Assembly (NCBI GenBank): GCA_042408215.1
Contig: JAYFMW010000006.1
Span: 448,001-512,000 of the forward strand
Length of the DNA stretch: 64,000 bases
Direction: 5' to 3'
From: Microcoleus sp.
Lineage (GTDB): Bacteria > Cyanobacteriota > Cyanobacteriia > Cyanobacteriales > Microcoleaceae
Below the pieces are notes generated by a model, which was not told where the DNA came from, made no database searches, and was given only the letters and a program-made list of their open reading frames with translations. Each line of letters begins with the position of its first letter. Position 1 is the first letter of the stretch. A program made the translations under genes and the position numbers. Shown piece after piece: positions 21,794-31,560 of the stretch.

Positions 21794-23884
21794 ATGCAGG
21801 AAGAAGAACTATCTAGAGAACAGCTACTTTTGGACGTTCAGTGCTTGCGGGCCCAATTACTTGAACTGCAACGCGGTATGTTGTCAAAGAGGGCCGACCT
21901 GGAAAACTTGCGGTCGTTTACCACAGAACACACCGACACAACGACAGCCCACCCGCTCGACAAAGCAGAGAAGTCCGATCGCCCCTGTACACTAGAAGAA
22001 GACCAGCAGTACCAGGCGATCGTCGCGGCAACTCCTGTCCCGATATTGGTTTCTCGCCTTTGTGACGGCTTAATTCTGTATGCGAACACTCAATTGGGTT
22101 CTCTCCTCGACATACCCCTAGCAGAATTGATCGGCCACCACACCCCAGACTTTTACTTCAATCCCTCCGATCGCCAAAAGGTACTTGACACGCTCGCCAA
22201 AGACGGTAACATCCTAGACTACGAGCTTCATTGCCTCAAGGCAGACGGCACCCCCTTCTGGGCAATGATCTCCGTTCAGCCCCTGCTGTTCAACGGTCAG
22301 CCGACGGCCTTGTGCGCCTTGTACGACCTCACCAAGCGCAAGGAAGCTGAACAAACCCTACAAGAAAGCGAAAAGCGACTCCGCCGCCAGAGTTGGGCCC
22401 TGTTGCAGCTAGGCCGACAGAGAACTCTCAACAACGGCGCGCTGAATGTGGGAATTCGCGAAATTACCGAGGCGGCCGCCCGCACTTTGGAGGTGGCAAA
22501 AGTCAGCGTCTGGATGTACAACCATTTCCGATTTGGCACTCGCTACGCAGCGGAACCTCAGTTGAATTTTTTGGCCCGGGCGATCGCCCACAACCAAACA
22601 GAGGCAATGCCTACAGGGGCGGCCGAGCTAGAACCTGACTCGCGGGTCAATCATTCTCAGGGAAAAATCCCCAGTCTCAGATTAGTTTGTCTCGATTTGT
22701 ACGATCGCACGGGCGATCGGCATTTGAGCCACCAGGAAATGCCGGCAAACGATTTAAATTTTTCAATTGATCCAGGATGCGACAGTGAACAGGACAAGAG
22801 GGAGTCGGAGGATGCTCAATCCCTGCCCTTTGAGGAGCTTCAAAATTCATCAATCTTAAATGTAGCCATTAGGCTGGGCGGTCACATCGTAGGCATCCTC
22901 TCTCTCGAACATATCGGCGCGCCCCGCCAGTGGGCTTTGTCCGAGCGAACCTTCGCCGATGCTTTGGCAAATTTGGTGGCGCTGGCGATCGAAGGATTTG
23001 AACGCCAACGAGCTCAAGAAGCCCTACACAAAGCCAAATCCCAACTAGAAATCACTGTCGAGCAGCGCACTTCTCAACTGACGGCGGCAAATAAACTGCT
23101 CCGCATCGAGATTGCCGATCGCAAAAGAGCCGAAATAGCTTTGCAAGAAGCCCTACACAAAGCTGAAGCTGCTTCGAGAGCGAAAAGCACCTTTCTGGCT
23201 AATATGAGCCACGAGCTGCGGACACCACTCAACGCGATTATCGGTTACAGCGAAATTTTAGAAGAAATTGCCATAGATGACGGGCTAAAATACTTGATTC
23301 CAGACATTCACAAAATTTACGGCGCTGGCAGACATTTGCTGACTTTAATTAATGATATTCTCGATCTTTCTAAAATAGAAGCCGGTCGGATGGAACTTTA
23401 TTTAGAAAGTTTTGACCTCCGTAATTTAATAGAAGAAGTCGTCGCAACTTTGCACCCTTTGGTAGAAAAAAATCGCAATCAATTGCAAGTGTCTTGCTCT
23501 CCAAATTTGGGATTAATGTATGCTGATTTGACTAAAGTGCGGCAAATTTTGTTCAATTTACTCTCGAATGCTCTTAAGTTTACAGAAGCAGGAACGGTTC
23601 TGCTGAGCGCGACTCGGGAACAAGCAGGTAGCAGCGATTGGATTTATTTGCGGGTAGCTGATACAGGGATTGGAGTGTCGGCTGGGCAGCAGCAGGGTTT
23701 GTTTGAACCTTTTATTCAAGGGGATGCTTCGACTACTCGCAAGTACGGGGGCACGGGTTTGGGATTGGCAATTAGCCGCCTGTTTTGCCAGATCATGGGT
23801 GGCGATATCACCCTTGAGAGTGAATTGGGTGTTGGCTCTACTTTTACTGTTCATTTGAAGGCAAAAGTTGATATTAGTCATTAG
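21794..23884 (+). CDS. PAS-GAF sensor histidine kinase
   Basis: PAS/PAC, a GAF-like region, H-box MSHELRTPLN, and N, G1 and G2 boxes. Confidence 0.9.
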   Translation: MQEEELSREQLLLDVQCLRAQLLELQRGMLSKRADLENLRSFTTEHTDTTTAHPLDKAEKSDRPCTLEEDQQYQAIVAATPVPILVSRLCDGLILYANTQLGSLLDIPLAELIGHHTPDFYFNPSDRQKVLDTLAKDGNILDYELHCLKADGTPFWAMISVQPLLFNGQPTALCALYDLTKRKEAEQTLQESEKRLRRQSWALLQLGRQRTLNNGALNVGIREITEAAARTLEVAKVSVWMYNHFRFGTRYAAEPQLNFLARAIAHNQTEAMPTGAAELEPDSRVNHSQGKIPSLRLVCLDLYDRTGDRHLSHQEMPANDLNFSIDPGCDSEQDKRESEDAQSLPFEELQNSSILNVAIRLGGHIVGILSLEHIGAPRQWALSERTFADALANLVALAIEGFERQRAQEALHKAKSQLEITVEQRTSQLTAANKLLRIEIADRKRAEIALQEALHKAEAASRAKSTFLANMSHELRTPLNAIIGYSEILEEIAIDDGLKYLIPDIHKIYGAGRHLLTLINDILDLSKIEAGRMELYLESFDLRNLIEEVVATLHPLVEKNRNQLQVSCSPNLGLMYADLTKVRQILFNLLSNALKFTEAGTVLLSATREQAGSSDWIYLRVADTGIGVSAGQQQGLFEPFIQGDASTTRKYGGTGLGLAISRLFCQIMGGDITLESELGVGSTFTVHLKAKVDISH

Positions 23885-24416
23885 TTATTGGTTATGGGTT
23901 ATTTGTTATTTGTGATTGGGAATGGGGCATCGGGAATGGGGCATCGGGAATGGGGCATCGGGCATCGGGCATCGGGCATCGGGCATTGGTTATTGCTAAT
24001 TATTGGTAGCACATCAAATAACCAATTACGAATTACGAATTACGAATTACGAATTACGAATTACGAATTCCCAATAACCAATAACCAATTCCCAATAACC
24101 AATAACCAATAACCAATAACCAATAACCAATGACCAATGACCAATGACCAATGACCAATGACCAATGACCAATGACCAATGACCAATTCCCAATTCCCAA
24201 TGACCAATTCCCAATTCCCAATTCCCAATTCCCAATTCCCAATTCCCAATTCCCAATTCCCAATTCCCAATTCCCAATTCCCCATTCCCAATTCCCAATG
24301 ACCAATTCCCAATTCCCAATTCCCAATTCCCCATTCCCCATTCCCCATTCCCCATTCCCCATTCCCAATTCCCAATTCCCAATTCCCCATTCCCAATTCC
24401 CAATTCCCCATTCCCA
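23885..24416. repeat. STRR-type heptamer tandem arrays
   Basis: Runs of GGGCATC, AATTACG, TAACCAA, TGACCAA and (A/C)ATTCCC. Confidence 0.95.
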
Positions 24417-24496
24417 ATATAAGTGTGATACCGATCGCACTTATAGAGGTCAAGCGTCACTAAGCCGCATTTGAGAGCCGCCTAGAATGTATTTAT

Positions 24497-24795
24497 AAAG
24501 AATACCCTGAAAACCCTGTGACTTTAGTCCAGGGATGAAAGGGCGTTGCAGGATTTATCCAGCCAGCCCTCTTTATGCAAGACACAAACCACATTCTGTT
24601 ACCAGAAAAATGTGGGATGGATACACAGACGCAGGTCTATACCAGCAAATGCCTACCACAAGTAGCCATAGACTCAGCAATGGGCGAGTGGGTAGTGGGT
24701 TATTGACAAACCCTTTAAGAATCAAGATTTGGGTGGATTCATCCCCCAAAGTTTGTCCTTAAGAATCCCCGTGTCTTTAGACCGGGGAGTGTCAA
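24497..24795 (+). mobile_element. Non-coding IS200/IS605-derived mini-element (PATE-like)
   Basis: Left hairpin ACCCTGTGACTTTAGTCCAGGGATG follows TTTAT. The right end is AGAATCCCCGTGTCTTTAGACCGGGGAGTGTCAA. No tnpA or tnpB. Confidence 0.75.
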
Positions 24796-25142
24796 TACCT
24801 AGAACTTGCGCCGAGTGCAGGATCTAGTACCTAGTTGTATTCAGACATCGCACCTCAACCCCCTGATGGGGGGGTGGGGGATTGATCGTAGGAACGCAAT
24901 TGGGTAATAGTAAGGCTACCGTCGCCAACCAGTAGAAGGCTTGCCTGTGGCATTCGTAAGTCGGCATTCGGCATTCGGAAAGCAAAATGGCGATCGGACA
25001 AGAATTTACTTCTTTGAGATACCAATAAAAAAATCTACCGAAAGTCGTATCCCGAATACCGCCCGGTGGCTGCCTCTAATATCCAGAACGCAATGCTGCC
25101 TCGGCAGTACACAAATTATCAGGATCAAAGGAGTGCATCGAC

Positions 25143-25403
25143 ATGATTAAACCTTGCAGTACACCGCTAAAAATTAATCCTTTCACCAGTTATCGCGACC
25201 CAGATACAGGCCGGTGGATTGTAGTTACAGCAGTTCAGAACCCTTGTGAATCGAACTTGAAAGCAAAGGCCGAAGCAGAAGAAAAAGGTAAAGTAGAAGC
25301 AAGTTCTTCCGCTTACCCGACCGGATCGCAGTCGCCAAAATTCCTTTCTGTTTCCTGGCCCTCAAAAAAGTCCGTCAAAAAATCTCCTGTTGCTGTCAGC
25401 TAA
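25143..25403 (+). CDS. Small hypothetical protein (NPFTSYRDPDTGRW motif)
   Basis: Strong RBS AAGGAG. The N-terminal motif looks conserved and the tail is low-complexity. Confidence 0.6.
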   Translation: MIKPCSTPLKINPFTSYRDPDTGRWIVVTAVQNPCESNLKAKAEAEEKGKVEASSSAYPTGSQSPKFLSVSWPSKKSVKKSPVAVS

Positions 25404-25409
25404 TCAATA

Positions 25410-25547
25410 CTAGGGCGTGTTTTCTGGCCTTGACCATCAGATTCCGAACCTCTAAATCCCTCTTAAAAAATGGGACGCAAGACGCTCATTCTCCCCCCTT
25501 ATTAAGGGGGGCGGGGGGGCTTTCCGGGGATAGAAAACACGCTCTAG
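25410..25547. mobile_element. MITE with CTAG(G/A)GCGTGTTTTC TIRs carrying the CCCCCTTA..GGGGG hairpin
   Basis: 15-bp inverted ends match at 14 of 15 positions (25410-25424 and 25533-25547). Confidence 0.7.
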
Positions 25548-25806
25548 AGGCAGATCTAGTTTCTACTAAGTAGAAGGTAGAAGGAAGAAGGTAGAAGGTA
25601 GAAGGTAGAAGGTAGAAGGAAGAATGCTTATACAGCAAGGTGTTTAGTGATTCGGATTAGACGTTTAATTAAGTGGATTTACTTATTAGCCCCTAGCTAT
25701 CAGCAAAAAAAAACAATTTATATTTCGCATAAATTGCCAAAATGTGATATAATGCCAGAAAAGTTTTTGTAGCAGTGCCTAATCTGGAGCAATATGAGGC
25801 TACTAG

Positions 25807-28359
25807 ATGTTTGGACCAATTCGCCAGCGGGGAACAGTCATTGTTGCTATCCCCGTAATTTGTCTGTTTGCTTCGCTGATAGTAATTGCAGGGATGCGGG
25901 ACAGAGCTCTACAGCTAAGAAGGCGATTAGATAATAATAAGCAGATACTTCAGGAAACTAACCGCCTGTTAAAAACTGTGGTAGATGCGGAGACGGGTAT
26001 TCGGGGTTACGGGCTGACGAAGCGCCGGGAATTTCTGGAACCTTATTTGACAGCAAAGACAACTCTGCCGAGGTTGCTGGCAAAACTCAAGGTTCTGGTG
26101 CCAAAAAATCAGCTTCAAGCTCAGCGATTTGCAGAAATTCAGCGGGAAACGGGGCTGCAAATGGATTTGTTGCAAAATACTTTGAACAAGCTCGACAGTT
26201 CGGGGGCATCAAAAGTGCCGTCGTCTCAAAGGAATCAGGTGTTCAGCCAAGGTAAATTGAAGATGGATGAGCTGCGGCAAAAAATTGACGAGTTTGCAAG
26301 AGCCGAGGCAAAATACCAAAAGATTTCGGAACTGCACATGGGGCAGTTGGTGGATGTAACTAATGCCGTGCAAGTTGCTGCTTTATTTGTCGGTTTTTTG
26401 GGTGCAGCAGCTTCCTGGTATTTATTTGATAGTTTAGAACGGGAATTGGCGAAGCGGGAAGCGAGTTTGCAAGAGGGTAAAACTCGGATTCAAGCTGTAG
26501 TAGATAATGCTGCTGATGGCATTATTACTTTGGACGTAGCAGGCAATATTGAGTCTTTTAATGCTGCTGCCGAGCGGATTTTTGGCTGGAAAGCAGAGCA
26601 AATAATCGGCTCTAATCTCCGAGGGCTGATAGCTAAACCAGGTTCGGAAAACAGCGCGGGGGATTATTCGATCGAATATTTTTTGCTAAATCCTCATGCT
26701 CTGCTCAACATTTACCAGCAAGAAACTGTCGGGCTGCGCAGCGACGGCGCGACTTTTCCCATAGAGTTGGCCGTCAGCGAAATGCGGCTGGCAAATCAAC
26801 GCTTGTTTATTGCTATTTGTCGCCATATTGGGGCGAGGAAACAAGCTGAGAAAACGCTGCGCAAGCAAGCACAAATGCTGGATTTGGCAAACGATACGAT
26901 CGCCGTACTCGACTTGAAGGGCACCATCTCTTATTGGAATTTGGGGGCAAAGCGGCTCTACGGGTGGCGGAAGTCGCAAGCAATGGGCAAAAATATTCAC
27001 GCCCTGCTGCAAACTGAATGGACGCAACCTTGGCAAGCAATTCAAGAAGTGCTGATTGAGCAGGGAAATTGGCAAGGGGAACTAATACGCACCAAGCAAG
27101 ATGGCACAAAAATAACGATCGCCAGTCGCTGGACTTTGCAGCGGGACGAGGAAGATCAACCCCAGGCTATTTTGGAAATTAGCAACGATATTAGCGGACG
27201 CAAATTGTCGGAAATTGCAGCGTCCGAAAGCGCCTCGCGGTTTCGCGCTACCTTCGAGCAAGCGGCAGTTGGCATGGCACAAGCCAGTTTAGAGAGCAAG
27301 TTGCTGTTAGTCAATCAAAAACTTTGCGATTTTTTGGGCTACTGTCGGGAAGAATTAATCGGTAAAAATTTTCAGGAGATTACTCACCCTGAAGATAGGA
27401 ATTTGGAGCTGAAATATCTGCACCAGTTGTTAGCAGGAGAAATTGAATATTATGCGGTGGAAAATCGCTACGTCTGCAAAGAGGGAAACTTGGTGTGGGC
27501 AAACTTGACTGTTTCTCTGGTGCGAGAACAAAATGGCAGTCAATATTTTATGGGGGTTGTAGAAGATATTCGGGAACGCAAACAAGCTGAGGAAAACCTG
27601 CGGTTGCGCGCTCAAGAATTGAGTTGGACAGCGAACACCCTGGCTCAAACCAGTAATATTTTGAGAAAGCGGAATCAAGAACTAGACCAGTTTGCTTATG
27701 TAGTTTCTCACGATTTGAAAGCTCCGCTCCGAGCGATCGCAAATCTTAGCAGTTGGATAGAAGAAGACCTCAGCGACTCGATGACTGAGGACACTATACA
27801 CCAGATGAATCTGTTGCGCGGCCGAGTTCACAGGATGGAAGCTTTGATTGATGGACTTCTCCAATATTCCCGCGTCGGACGCATTCACGCGAATTCAGAA
27901 ACTGTGAATGTCGAGAAGTTATTAGCCGAAATTATTGACTCTTTAGCACCATCGCCTGGGTTTGCAGTGGAAGTGGCACCAGGAATGCCAACTTTTGTGG
28001 CAGAAAGGTTGCCGTTGCAGCAGGTTTTTTCTAATTTAATTAGCAATGCAATTAAGCACAACCGAAATTTGTCGGGTTCGGTGAAAATATCAGTTACAGA
28101 GTTAGATGATTTTTACGCTTTTTCTGTAGCGGATGACGGGCCTGGGATTGCGCCTCAATATCACGAGAAGGTTTTTGTAATTTTTCAGACTTTGGAGGCT
28201 CGCGATATAGTGGAAAATACTGGCATTGGTTTGTCGCTAGTCAAGAAAATTGTGGAGGGTCAAGGGGGAACTATTTCTTTGGAATCAGCCGAAGGTAAAG
28301 GGGCAACATTTGGCTTTACTTGGCCGAAGAAACCTATTAGTAACAAAGATAGAAAGTAA
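25807..28359 (+). CDS. CHASE3-PAS-PAS-PAS sensor histidine kinase
   Basis: TM-CHASE3 (DAETGIRGY)-TM, three PAS domains, H-box VSHDLKAPLR and an HATPase domain. Confidence 0.92.
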   Translation: MFGPIRQRGTVIVAIPVICLFASLIVIAGMRDRALQLRRRLDNNKQILQETNRLLKTVVDAETGIRGYGLTKRREFLEPYLTAKTTLPRLLAKLKVLVPKNQLQAQRFAEIQRETGLQMDLLQNTLNKLDSSGASKVPSSQRNQVFSQGKLKMDELRQKIDEFARAEAKYQKISELHMGQLVDVTNAVQVAALFVGFLGAAASWYLFDSLERELAKREASLQEGKTRIQAVVDNAADGIITLDVAGNIESFNAAAERIFGWKAEQIIGSNLRGLIAKPGSENSAGDYSIEYFLLNPHALLNIYQQETVGLRSDGATFPIELAVSEMRLANQRLFIAICRHIGARKQAEKTLRKQAQMLDLANDTIAVLDLKGTISYWNLGAKRLYGWRKSQAMGKNIHALLQTEWTQPWQAIQEVLIEQGNWQGELIRTKQDGTKITIASRWTLQRDEEDQPQAILEISNDISGRKLSEIAASESASRFRATFEQAAVGMAQASLESKLLLVNQKLCDFLGYCREELIGKNFQEITHPEDRNLELKYLHQLLAGEIEYYAVENRYVCKEGNLVWANLTVSLVREQNGSQYFMGVVEDIRERKQAEENLRLRAQELSWTANTLAQTSNILRKRNQELDQFAYVVSHDLKAPLRAIANLSSWIEEDLSDSMTEDTIHQMNLLRGRVHRMEALIDGLLQYSRVGRIHANSETVNVEKLLAEIIDSLAPSPGFAVEVAPGMPTFVAERLPLQQVFSNLISNAIKHNRNLSGSVKISVTELDDFYAFSVADDGPGIAPQYHEKVFVIFQTLEARDIVENTGIGLSLVKKIVEGQGGTISLESAEGKGATFGFTWPKKPISNKDRK

Positions 28360-28391
28360 GTAGACCAACCTAAAAAAACAAAACACCCAGA

Positions 28392-28419
28392 TCCCCGACT
28401 TCTTTAAGAAGTCGGGGAT
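28392..28419. terminator. Hairpin between convergent genes, probable bidirectional terminator or REP
   Basis: ATCCCCGACTTCTT/AAGAAGTCGGGGAT perfect stem. Confidence 0.55.
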
Positions 28420-28452
28420 TTAATAGTCGTCCTGACTACAAACACGCGCTGA

Positions 28453-28923
28453 TTAAGGGTAATTAATTGGATCGCAGCGGATTTCGATGATGAATCCGTC
28501 GGGATCGTAGAAGTAAATGCCGCGTCCGGTAGGGCGAGTGACTGGACCACTGTCGATCGCAATTTGATTTGAGTGTAGCACTTCCAGAGCGCGATCGAAC
28601 AATTGCGGATCAATATCAAAGGCTAAATGATTGGCGCGGGTAAAAGCTTTCTCCGGGTCAGGATTTGGCGGTTCTAAATCTGGCTGCGAAAATAAGTCGA
28701 TCGCAGTACCATCTGGAGTGATGAAATTAGCGACTTTGTCGGCGGCTACCATTTCTTTTAAAGTTGCCGGAATTGCTTCGCCGGTTAGTTCCTGTAAGCC
28801 GAGAATAGTACCGTAGAAGTGCCGCGAAGCTTTCAGATCCCGCACATTTAAGGCGATATGGTGAACGCGGCGCAAGTTCCCCGGCGCCAGAGCCATTTTG
28901 AGGGTGTTTTCGGTAGTTTGCAT
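28453..28923 (-). CDS. VOC/glyoxalase family protein
   Basis: HHIALNV, HLAF and YFYDPDGFIIE metal-binding motifs. Confidence 0.9.
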   Translation of the reverse strand: MQTTENTLKMALAPGNLRRVHHIALNVRDLKASRHFYGTILGLQELTGEAIPATLKEMVAADKVANFITPDGTAIDLFSQPDLEPPNPDPEKAFTRANHLAFDIDPQLFDRALEVLHSNQIAIDSGPVTRPTGRGIYFYDPDGFIIEIRCDPINYP

Positions 28924-28977
28924 TGCTGTATTTGAAAAATTTTCAAATTCAATTTACTGACAATTATGCAATGATTT

Positions 28978-29091
28978 TTATTTTTCTTTAGGGAACGATG
29001 CTATCCCTACAAACAGCATAGCGAGGCCACCTCCCAAAATTGCGATCGCCACTAAACCTATAGCTAAATCTAACCCTGATGTATTTTCCAC
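28978..29091 (-). CDS. 37-aa single-pass membrane protein (not in ORF track)
   Basis: GGAGAA RBS, GTG start, MENTSGLDLAIGLVAIAILGGGLAMLFVGIASFPKEK*. Confidence 0.65.
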   Translation of the reverse strand: MENTSGLDLAIGLVAIAILGGGLAMLFVGIASFPKEK

Positions 29092-29132
29092 TAAATAGTT
29101 CTCCAATTAAATAAATCGAATCATCCACTAGC

Positions 29133-29520
29133 GGTAAGGTGCGCAGTGTGCACCCTACTTTGGCTGCCTAATGACTAATGACTAATGACTAATGACTAAT
29201 GACTAATGACTTCGCCAATTCTGCCTCAATCGCAGCGCTCAGGTAAGGTGCGCAGTGTGCACCCTACTTTGGCTGCCTAATGACTAATGACTAATGACTA
29301 ATGACTAATGACTAATGACTTCGCCAATTCTGCCTCAATCGCAGCGCTCAGGTAAGGTGCGCAGTGTGCACCCTACTTTGGCTGCCTTCTGCCTTCTGCC
29401 TAATGACTAATGACTAATGACTAATGACTAATGACTAATGACTACTGACTAATGACTAATGACTACTGACTAATGACTAATGACTACTGACTACTGACTA
29501 CTGACTAATGACTAATGACT
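29133..29520. repeat. Composite 109-bp tandem repeat (REP + TAATGAC run + copy of gpx 3' end)
   Basis: Units start at 29133, 29242 and 29351, followed by a long TAATGAC/TACTGAC run. Confidence 0.9.
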
Positions 29521-29522
29521 TC

Positions 29523-30008
29523 TTACTTCGCCAATTCTGCCTCAATCGCAGCGATCAATTCTGGCGAATCCGGGCCCACACTGCTGGGAAATCTGGCAAC
29601 AACTTCACCCTGTTTGCTAACTAAGAATTTCTCAAAATTCCAAGAAACCTCGCCCTTTGGAGCGACTGAACTGGTAAGCTTAGCATATAGCGGGTGTTGC
29701 TGACTGCCTTTAGCGCTTACTTTATCAAATAATTCAAAGCTAACGCCGTACTTTGTAGTGCAGAAATTGACGATTTCTGAGTTAGTGCCCGGTTCCTGAG
29801 CGCCGAAGTCGTTGCAGGGAAACCCTAAAACGCAGAGTCCTGCATTGCCGTACTTCTGATTCAACTCTTCGAGTCCTTTGTATTGAGGCGTGTAGCCACA
29901 TTTGGAAGCTACGTTTACGATCAAGAGTACCTTGCCAGCGTACTCTCCTAGCTGCTTGTCAGTGCCTGCGATCGTTTTTACTGTAATGTCGGAGATCGTG
30001 CTGGTCAT
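29523..30008 (-). CDS. Glutathione peroxidase family (Cys-type)
   Basis: NVASKCGYTPQY, GFPCNDFGAQEPG and WNFEKFL motifs. Confidence 0.93.
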   Translation of the reverse strand: MTSTISDITVKTIAGTDKQLGEYAGKVLLIVNVASKCGYTPQYKGLEELNQKYGNAGLCVLGFPCNDFGAQEPGTNSEIVNFCTTKYGVSFELFDKVSAKGSQQHPLYAKLTSSVAPKGEVSWNFEKFLVSKQGEVVARFPSSVGPDSPELIAAIEAELAK

Positions 30009-30078
30009 TTTCAAATACTTTTAGACTTTACCAACACAAGTTTACCACATTTAGGCACATTATTGCCTATTTTGATTA

Positions 30079-30750
30079 TTATTTGATTTCAGCTTCGCCA
30101 ACATAAACTACTTGACCCGCTTCTATCGGCGTTACCCGCTCGATTATAACTCGTTCTTTTTCAATGGGCAGCCCTGGGCGTGCAGTTTCAGTTTCAACGC
30201 GCTTACCAACTGCTACTTCGCCTGTTTTTGCGCGGTTTTTGTTGGCAATCAAGCGTTCTTCATACAGTTTGAGGGTTTGATGGTTTTGTTCGTTTGTTTC
30301 GTACAGAGGGCGATCGATTTCGTAGTTGTAGCTATTGCGATCGTAGCTAGCAGGAAGAGAAAGGTTTGATGCAGTTTCTGTCGCAGTGATGCCGCGGTAA
30401 ACGCCTCTTACCTGTTCTTCCCGATCGTAATCTAGTGTCTCTAATTCATCATAAGCAGGCAATTGTTCTGCTTGAGCTTTGCTGCGAAGGCCTGTAGCGT
30501 AGACGCGGCGGGCTCCGTAGTCGAACCGAGTAGAGCCGATCGGCAATAATACTTTTTTGCCAAACATCCAAATACCGGTATCAATTACTAGATAGCGAAA
30601 ACGACCAGTTTCATCAACCAAAGCATCGTAAATGCTGCCTACTTTTTCATCAGAGTCGCCGGCATAAACATCAAAGCCTTTGATGTCATCTCCCGCGAAA
30701 AATTCTTCCCTATAGTTAGGATAAAAATCGTCGATTCTTTGAAGTGTCAT
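30079..30750 (-). CDS. PRC-barrel/DUF2382 (YsnF/AvaK-like) protein, possibly C-terminally truncated
   Basis: PRC barrel (GRFRYLVID..GKKVLLPIG) followed by LKLYEERLIANK..GEVAVGKRVE. RBS GAGG before ATG 30750. Confidence 0.75.
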   Translation of the reverse strand: MTLQRIDDFYPNYREEFFAGDDIKGFDVYAGDSDEKVGSIYDALVDETGRFRYLVIDTGIWMFGKKVLLPIGSTRFDYGARRVYATGLRSKAQAEQLPAYDELETLDYDREEQVRGVYRGITATETASNLSLPASYDRNSYNYEIDRPLYETNEQNHQTLKLYEERLIANKNRAKTGEVAVGKRVETETARPGLPIEKERVIIERVTPIEAGQVVYVGEAEIK

Positions 30751-30951
30751 GTTTTTAATCCTCGTCGCTCTACTTAAATTAATACTAAATTTTTCTCTGT
30801 TACTTTCCCTCTCCCTAAAGTCGGAAGTGTAGAATTTAGGAGGTTTAATACTATAGGAATACAGTCGGTGATTTTGGCTACCGCACTCAACAAAACTCAA
30901 AGCCCCTCACCTTACAGATGAGGGGCTGCGTCCAAGTTAGAAATTTGAAGT

Positions 30952-31485
30952 TCAGAGTTGATTTAGTTGAGTTCTGATAGTTTCTATCCTTTTGCGATTA
31001 ACTCCTAAATCCGACTCTCCCAGACGGGAAGCCGATCGCACATGAATGACTTTTGCTCCTTGATCTAGCAAGAATTCCACATCGTCAACGAACCCCATCA
31101 AGGAACTGGTAAATTCCACATAGAGGTAATTATCTGTTTGGTCGATAATTTTAGTTTTCTCCAAGGATGCGATCGCCTGTTTGAGATTTGCCATTGCAAC
31201 TGTCGGCGTCGAATTGTATGTCAAAGGCTCAATTTTGTGTGAGGAATCTTGACTGAAGCTACTGACGCAGTTGGGAGAACTGGGACAGGGTGCGAGTTGT
31301 CCTGACTCAGCGCCGAGATTGGTAGGTCTTTTTCCAGCAAACATTGTTTTTTCTCCGGGAATGGCTATGAAAATGGCGATCGACAGTATTGCTACTGCTA
31401 GCAATGAAATTAAAATAACGAGCACTTTTTTGAATGCTGTCGGCGATTTTGTTTCAACTGTTTGCAAAGTATGAGTCCTCATCAA
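30952..31485 (-). CDS. DUF1499 family protein
   Basis: PCPSSPNCVSS, FVDDVEF and RSASRLGESDLGVNRKR motifs, with an N-terminal TM segment. Start is uncertain. Confidence 0.88.
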   Translation of the reverse strand: MMRTHTLQTVETKSPTAFKKVLVILISLLAVAILSIAIFIAIPGEKTMFAGKRPTNLGAESGQLAPCPSSPNCVSSFSQDSSHKIEPLTYNSTPTVAMANLKQAIASLEKTKIIDQTDNYLYVEFTSSLMGFVDDVEFLLDQGAKVIHVRSASRLGESDLGVNRKRIETIRTQLNQL

Positions 31486-31560
31486 GCGGAAGTTTGATCT
31501 AATCTTAATATTAATAGATATTTACATCGAAAAATTAAGAGCCGATCGCCATTCAAATAT

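Noticed and set aside
23888..24474. Several 74-137-aa ORFs (GNWELGI.. and reverse frames)
   Set aside because: These are stop-free artefacts of STRR heptamer arrays.
29523..30008. Selenocysteine glutathione peroxidase
   Set aside because: The active-site codon is Cys (TGT), with no in-frame TGA.
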